DNA of 64,000 nt, taken from the NCBI GenBank assembly GCA_027317865.1, contig DAHVQG010000004.1, positions 128,001-192,000 on the forward strand. Direction: 5' to 3'. The DNA comes from Bdellovibrionales bacterium. Lineage in GTDB: Bacteria; Bdellovibrionota; Bdellovibrionia; Bdellovibrionales; UBA1609. Below the pieces are notes generated by a model. That model was not told the origin of the DNA, made no database searches, and was given only the letters and a program-made list of their open reading frames with translations. The translations under genes were made by a program, and so were the position numbers. The stretch's first letter is position 1. Each line of letters opens with the position of its first letter. This document shows, piece by piece, positions 63,991-64,000 of the stretch.

Positions 63991-64000
63991 AATCGTATAA

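Overview
Chromosomal window from a bacterium whose gene content points to phylum Bdellovibrionota (inference from a RomR-like polarity regulator, a TIGR02147/DUF4423 regulator, a GGGGD-motif secreted protein, the TIGR03545/03546 pair, a mitochondrial-type aconitase and PilQ). Most of it is core genome: amidase-rph-rdgB, prs-rplY-pth-ychF, oppABC, slt, radA, glpK, def-fmt-rpe-hutH-hutU-hutI, romR-nadC-birA, aconitase, a hybrid-kinase phosphorelay, manC-pgi-ROK kinase, a DegT aminotransferase, one minus-strand rRNA operon (16S-tRNA-Ile-23S-5S), a Pif1 helicase, queD, tRNA-Ala, rarA and pilQ. I saw no CRISPR array, prophage or IS element. The most notable signals are: (1) an aconitase with a histone-H1-like 54-residue Lys/Arg tail behind a strong RBS; (2) a DUF4423 regulator plus secreted repeat protein module with nested TGTCAC palindromes lying over a candidate promoter; (3) repeated -10-N6/7-start layouts that imply leaderless mRNAs; (4) two genes that appear to need CTG starts; (5) a divergent sugar-nucleotide locus that fits the mannosylated diamino-glucose lipid A of Bdellovibrio; (6) Glu-poor, basic periplasmic proteins suggesting an acidophile. 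All family assignments come from motif recognition by eye, not from database searches.
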